From: Klebsormidium nitens | Lineage: Eukaryota > Plantae > Klebsormidiophyceae | Assembly (NCBI GenBank): GCA_000708835.1 | Contig: DF236953.1 | Span: forward strand, 45,971 to 109,970 | Reading direction: 5' to 3' | Length of the DNA stretch: 64,000 nucleotides | Shown here: positions 60,514-64,000 of the stretch, piece after piece | Numbering within the stretch: the stretch's first letter is position 1 | How the letters are laid out: each line of letters begins with the position of its first letter | Program-made: the position numbers and the translations under genes | The notes under the pieces: model-generated | Databases searched by the model: none | Seen by the model: only the letters and a program-made list of their open reading frames with translations | What the model was told of the DNA's origin: nothing

Positions 60514-61262
60514 NNNNNNNNNNNNNNNNNNNNNNNNNNNNNNNNNNNNNNNNNNNNNNNNNNNNNNNNNNNNNNNNNNNNNNNNNNNNNNNNNNNNNNN
60601 NNNNNNNNNNNNNNNNNNNNNNNNNNNNNNNNNNNNNNNNNNNNNNNNNNNNNNNNNNNNNNNNNNNNNNNNNNNNNNNNNNNNNNNNNNNNNNNNNNNN
60701 NNNNNNNNNNNNNNNNNNNNNNNNNNNNNNNNNNNNNNNNNNNNNNNNNNNNNNNNNNNNNNNNNNNNNNNNNNNNNNNNNNNNNNNNNNNNNNNNNNNN
60801 NNNNNNNNNNNNNNNNNNNNNNNNNNNNNNNNNNNNNNNNNNNNNNNNNNNNNNNNNNNNNNNNNNNNNNNNNNNNNNNNNNNNNNNNNNNNNNNNNNNN
60901 NNNNNNNNNNNNNNNNNNNNNNNNNNNNNNNNNNNNNNNNNNNNNNNNNNNNNNNNNNNNNNNNNNNNNNNNNNNNNNNNNNNNNNNNNNNNNNNNNNNN
61001 NNNNNNNNNNNNNNNNNNNNNNNNNNNNNNNNNNNNNNNNNNNNNNNNNNNNNNNNNNNNNNNNNNNNNNNNNNNNNNNNNNNNNNNNNNNNNNNNNNNN
61101 NNNNNNNNNNNNNNNNNNNNNNNNNNNNNNNNNNNNNNNNNNNNNNNNNNNNNNNNNNNNNNNNNNNNNNNNNNNNNNNNNNNNNNNNNNNNNNNNNNNN
61201 NNNNNNNNNNNNNNNNNNNNNNNNNNNNNNNNNNNNNNNNNNNNNNNNNNNNNNNNNNNNNN
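60514..61262. other. Assembly gap (N) inside the repeat array
   Basis: N run. Confidence 1.
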
Positions 61263-62834
61263 GAAAGTAATACAGCGTTTCTTGGTACACGCTGATTGTG
61301 CGCTGGATGGCCGGATCATGCGCTTCATGGGCAAGGCCGGCCATACGCTGCAGGATGTACCAGAAAAAGCCCAATAGATTCTTAAGAAGTAATATACCGT
61401 TTCTTGGTACACGCCCCCGCACGCTGCAAAGCCTCACACCGTTTTGGGGGGTGCCCGGCCATACCCCGCAAGATGTACCAGAAAAGGCCCATTAGATTCT
61501 TAAGAAGTAATGCAGCGTTTCTTGGTACACGCTGATTGCGCGCTTCGTGGGCTGCTCGGCTTTACTCCACCACTTGAAGATGTACCAGAAAACGCCCTTC
61601 AGGATCTTTGCGGGCTTTTCATTTCCGAGAGGAAAGAAGTGTCACTTCCCGGCACTCTGCCAAGGTCCGTCAATCGAGAAGAGGACACTGCGGCCACCAG
61701 ACATCATGGAGTCGTTGGAAGCAGGGGTCGTCGCTCACCTTGAGATGCGCTCCTCACCAGCACGTTCTTTGTGGCAGTGGGCTGAACCCCAAACCTGGCG
61801 CTCCCGCTTGACAGCGCGCACAGTCCCTGTGCGCGGAGGACGGGAGGCTGCCCGCGCTGCGCCTCGTCGCTGGCGGCTTGCTGATGGCAGGCTGCGCCAA
61901 GACCACTGTCCGACTCGGGGCCGCCGGCGGTCGCACTGGGGCCGATTGTGCGGGGGCTGTCGTGTGCGTCGCGGTCAGCGCGCGCGGACTCTGAAAAAGA
62001 GGCCCTCGATGGGTCAGAACTGCTGCACTCGGGATGTCACACTCGACCGCCAGATCCCCTCGGATAGTCCTCGGATTCGTGTGACTGGGCATGCACTTTG
62101 CCCGGCCATACCCAGCAAGATCTGTGTACCAGGGAACGCCCATTAGAGGTCTTAAGAAGTAATAGGTTGTTTCTTGGTACACGTTCTCGATGAGAAGCAG
62201 GGTTGACGCACCACAAAACGCTTTTCCTTGGTACACTGCTTTTGGGGCGCCGTTTGAAACCCCTCCGGTTTTTGCGCGACTTGGAACGATCACCTTCGTT
62301 TGCGAGCTAATGAGTGCGGTAGCTGGCTTGGCACAGTGCCGAATTCTATTCCCCTTTGACATTCTGGGCGCTCACCTGCTGTTGCTGTCCCTGACCAAGG
62401 TGCAGCTGGGTGATCCGGACCCCTTCTGATGCTGCTCGCGTTCAGGACAGGCAGGGTTCGCCTTCCTTCCCGTCTTCTCGCGCCCCTGAACCCATGCTGC
62501 AATGAAGAAAGGGCACGATAAGTGCAAGGTCGCAGGGGCTGTGCACAGCCATGCAAAGACCTGCGCTTGTGACTGAGGTCGAGTCGCTGGTTGCTGCACA
62601 CAAGCAAGAGGTGTGTGTCTCCTCTTACCTGCACGGTCCTTGTCGATCTGGAAACAACCCTTTGTTGGGCGGTGGCGCTCGCAATAGTATCGGACATTCC
62701 CTCCGTACTTGCCCCCGCGAAGCCCAACCCTGCGGGCGTGTCGCACTCGCGGCAATGAAGGGCATATGGGTCTGGAAAAGAGATGAAGGCAAAAAGCATC
62801 AGGGCCAATCACACACGACACACCTGCCTCGCAA

Positions 62835-63385
62835 GACCGGCCATGCCATCAAGTTTTGACGTTGTACCAAGAAATGGCTTATTGATATCTAAAGAAAGAA
62901 TTGGCCAGAACTTGGTACACTTCCCAGCCATGCCAACAGTTTTTGGCGCTGTACCAAGAAGTGACCCAGAATAATCTCAAGAAAGAACGGGTCAGAAACT
63001 TGGTTCCCTTCCCTGCGCACGCCCAGGCATGCCATCAACTCTTGGTGCCATTTTGTTATGTTCAAGAATAAGTGGTCATGACTTGGTACCTTCCCTGAAC
63101 ATGCCTAGCCATGCCATCAACTTTTGACACTGTACCGGGAAATGGCCTATCATTATCTTCAGAAAGACCTGGAGAAAAAAACGTGGTACTGCTCCCTACG
63201 CATGCCCAGTCCTGCCTTAAACTTCTGGCGCCATTATTATGTGGTCAAACCTGGGACAATTCAACGCAGACCCAGCCATGCCAACAACTTCTGGCGCTGT
63301 ACCAAGAATTGGCCCATTATCTTTAGAAATCTTTAGAAAGAATTGGCAAAAATCTGGTACACCTCCCAACGCACGCCCAGCCAGG
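62835..63385 (+). repeat. Diverged subfamily of the same repeat (~6 units)
   Basis: GCCATGCCA(T/A)CAA...TGTACCAAGAA...CTTGGTAC units retain the inverted GTACCAAG arms. Confidence 0.8.
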
Positions 63386-64000
63386 CACTAAAGATCTGCT
63401 GGTCATTTTATGAAGGACTATCGACCCATTGTTCTAAAGTTCCAAAGAACACTCTTTTCCCGAAACGGTGGTATGTTCAATGGTACGGATGTCCTACCGA
63501 TTACTGAAAAAGAAAACAGAATAAGCCTCGATACACGTGCTTGCAGGGCCAGCGATCAAAGATCCCCTAAACTTAAAGGTTGGCATTTGAAGAATCAAAC
63601 AAAATGCCTTTTGCTCACCGTGTTCCGCAGTGCAATTCAACGCTTCTTCGAGTACCCGCGCATTTTGTCGCTTTGCTTTCTGATCAGCAGCGCTGAAGCG
63701 CCGCCCTCGTGAAACCTTGCAAGCAGGCTGCCCCTCATTTTTCAACCCCTTTGAACTTTGGCACCGCCGCCGGCGCAGGGCAGGTGCGTCATCGCTCCGC
63801 GCATTGACAGCAGCAATCAGAATCCCTTGCCTTTTTGCACTGATTGAGATGCGCTCCCTATACTCTGCAGCGCGCGCAAAGCGAGCAGCCTGGCAGACCC
63901 TATGATCAGACTTGGACCGGCCACAAGGCCGGCTTCTCGCCATGATGAATCAAGCATTAGGTCCGTTGTTCACGGCTGCAAGGACTTAAAATCAAGGGTT

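Larger units (their letters stand above)
57591..62180 (+). repeat. Right array of the ~75-bp quasi-palindromic repeat (local period ~95-135 bp, ~121 bp at 57.6-58.0 kb), interrupted by two gaps and GC-rich blocks
   Basis: Consensus CCGGCCATACCCTGCAGGATGTACCAGAAAAGGCCCATTAGATTCTTAAGAAGTAATACAGCGTTTCTTGGTACAC, with copies at ~57591, 57716, 57836, 57957, 58538, 59158, 60061, 60158, 60267, 60399, 61336, 61455, 62101 plus partial and degenerate units. Confidence 0.95.

Noticed and set aside
57937-61437. Long ORFs spanning X runs and repeat translations (MYQETLYYFLKN...)
   Set aside because: Artefacts of N gaps and of translating the repeat array.
57591-62180. CRISPR-like array (conserved palindromic repeat with variable spacers)
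   Set aside because: The linkers fall into two related families that recur, the repeat is ~75 bp, the context is eukaryotic, and no cas genes are present. It is a minisatellite or subterminal array.
36000-64000. Complete endogenous virus (PLV, virophage or NCLDV)
   Set aside because: No major or minor capsid, A32-like packaging ATPase, maturation protease or PolB was recognised in the window.

Overview
Eukaryotic, intron-rich (GT-AG) DNA, inferred to come from a streptophyte green alga (Klebsormidium-like). The organism call is inferred from gene content: an RLK/Pelle kinase plus an ARC6-family plastid division gene. The window has two halves. Bases 1-34.9 kb are host genes: the 3' part of a receptor-like kinase, an ARC6/PARC6-family gene, and a convergent paralogue pair encoding secreted proteins (signal peptide + 4 sushi-like modules + root-cap/VWD-like domain). 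A MITE family and a tRNA-derived SINE are also present. Bases ~36-63.4 kb form a mobile/virus-like island. It contains an intron-containing KDZ (Kyakuja-Dileera-Zisupton) transposase with an antisense XPA-like gene nested in its first intron; an intronless cassette with a Prim-Pol/SF3-helicase and a Polinton-like-virus-type tyrosine recombinase; a spliced AEP-primase/UL9-like origin-binding helicase gene; a tandem pair of phage-like genes; and a 2A-like (xGVESNPGP) peptide. The island is bracketed by oppositely oriented arrays of a ~75-bp quasi-palindromic repeat. No capsid, packaging ATPase or PolB gene was seen. Three N gaps limit certainty. All homology calls come from motif recognition by eye, not database searches.
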